Positions 54,751-55,740 of a stretch of 55,740 nt of DNA are shown here, piece by piece. Location of the stretch: positions 1-55,740 of IMG/VR virus record IMGVR_UViG_3300005805_000112. One strand, written 5' to 3'. The position numbers were made by a program, and so were the translations under genes. The first letter of the stretch is position 1. Each line of letters starts with the position of its first letter. Below the pieces are notes generated by a model. The model saw only the letters and a list, made by a program, of their open reading frames with translations, made no database searches and was not told where the DNA came from. The stretch is from a virus (lineage: Duplodnaviria; Caudoviricetes).

Positions 54751-55116
54751 ATGATCGTCAAGGTTCGCAATCCTCTATGGGATTCCAGGCACCTCTATGC
54801 TGCAGGTGTAATTCGCGAGTTTGAGGTGTATGAAGGTGAGCCACTGACTCCTCCTAAGTTCGTGGAGCCTGGAACGATTTGCCTTTCAACTGGCAGCAAT
54901 CTATTTCCTGTCCGCGAGATCCACCCTTCGATGATTGTTTCGATCGACGAAAAGATAGTCGTCAGCCAGCAGACTCAAGTTGCAACTAGGGTTGTTGAAG
55001 TTGCTGGTTCCAAAGGCAACATCTACCGAGTCACGATCAGTCCCAACGGCCGTGCTTGTGATTGCACTGGGTTCAAGTTTCGTCGTGCATGCAGGCATAT
55101 CTCCGAGGCAGCATGA
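54751..55116 (+). CDS. SWIM zinc-finger protein
   Basis: AGGAGG RBS; GSKGNIY.V...CDCTGFKFRRACRH. Confidence 0.8.
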   Translation: MIVKVRNPLWDSRHLYAAGVIREFEVYEGEPLTPPKFVEPGTICLSTGSNLFPVREIHPSMIVSIDEKIVVSQQTQVATRVVEVAGSKGNIYRVTISPNGRACDCTGFKFRRACRHISEAA

Positions 55117-55119
55117 TGG

Positions 55120-55148
55120 TTGACTTCTTTTCGTGAAACACTTATGAT
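55120..55148 (+). promoter_or_regulatory. Early sigma70-type promoter
   Basis: TTGACT-N17-TATGAT. Confidence 0.7.
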
Positions 55149-55172
55149 CTTTATATGGTCAAGGAGATGGAA

Positions 55173-55535
55173 ATGAAGACTTTGATGTTCCCTTCTGCTC
55201 TGTTCCGCTTTAATCCCACCACCGGCATTATGAGCACGACTGCATCGACTCTAGAGAGATACATGCTGAAGCATCACACGCCCACCTGGTTGGACTACCT
55301 GCTTCACACGATGCCGGATGGCACCTCCAAGAACGGGATCTACGTCAAGAGTGCGAAGACTGGAGATGTTGAGTTCTTCGAGCTGCGCACCTATGTGTAC
55401 TCGAGGGGCGAGGATCGCTTCGACAAGGTTCGTAACGATCTTGGGTCCGTTATCTACTCGAAGTACATCTCTGAGAAGTTCCCCGAACTCACTGTGCTGA
55501 TTGAGAACGATGAGTATAGTGAGTGTGCAGCCTGA
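55173..55535 (+). CDS. Hypothetical early protein
   Basis: AAGGAG RBS. Confidence 0.6.
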   Translation: MKTLMFPSALFRFNPTTGIMSTTASTLERYMLKHHTPTWLDYLLHTMPDGTSKNGIYVKSAKTGDVEFFELRTYVYSRGEDRFDKVRNDLGSVIYSKYISEKFPELTVLIENDEYSECAA

Positions 55536-55626
55536 GGAGAGAAATATGATCGTTGCCATTTTTTCGGTTAGCAGTTAGTATACGGATATTGACTGATTAA
55601 CCCAATCATATTGAAAGGACACACAT

Positions 55627-55740
55627 ATGGCTCACATGGTCGAAACGATGGCGTACGCTGGTGAGAAGCCCTGGCACGGTCTGGGCAAGGAGGTCCACAA
55701 CGACCTGACCCCTGCCCAGATGCTGGTCGAGGCTGGTCTT
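55627..55740 (+). CDS. DUF932-like protein, 3' truncated
   Basis: MAHMVETMAYAGEKPWHGLG; TTGCCA-N17-TAGTAT at 55553. Confidence 0.75.
   Translation, partial: MAHMVETMAYAGEKPWHGLGKEVHNDLTPAQMLVEAGL

Overview
A 55.7 kb segment of a large T4-like (myovirus) bacteriophage genome. The host is probably an alphaproteobacterium, inferred from a GC-rich alphaproteobacterial-type pstS, an RpoH-like promoter with a ROSE-like hairpin at hsp20, and an RSP_7527-like ORF. Recognisable core genes are gp43 DNA polymerase, uvsX, gp41 helicase, gp61 primase, rnh, thyX, nrdA/nrdB, a RuvC-like nuclease, phoH and a lysis cassette (GH19 endolysin, two spanins, 3-TM holin). Auxiliary genes include hsp20, Fe/Mn SOD, dps, purA, pstS, two speD-like genes, a VUT transporter, a glycosyltransferase and an FkbM methyltransferase. 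Main highlights: (1) a five-gene reverse-strand operon, csgF-csgG-curlin-like-FecR-CHASE2 adenylate cyclase, directly behind a T4-type late promoter, a candidate phage trans-envelope cAMP signalling system; (2) gp41 split inside Walker A by an atypical split intein (17-aa IntN, 129-aa IntC) around a free-standing HNH endonuclease; (3) several late enzymes with T4 capsid-targeting-like N-termini; (4) a candidate late ncRNA; (5) a chimeric, recently captured pstS. All calls come from reading motifs by eye; no database searches were run.
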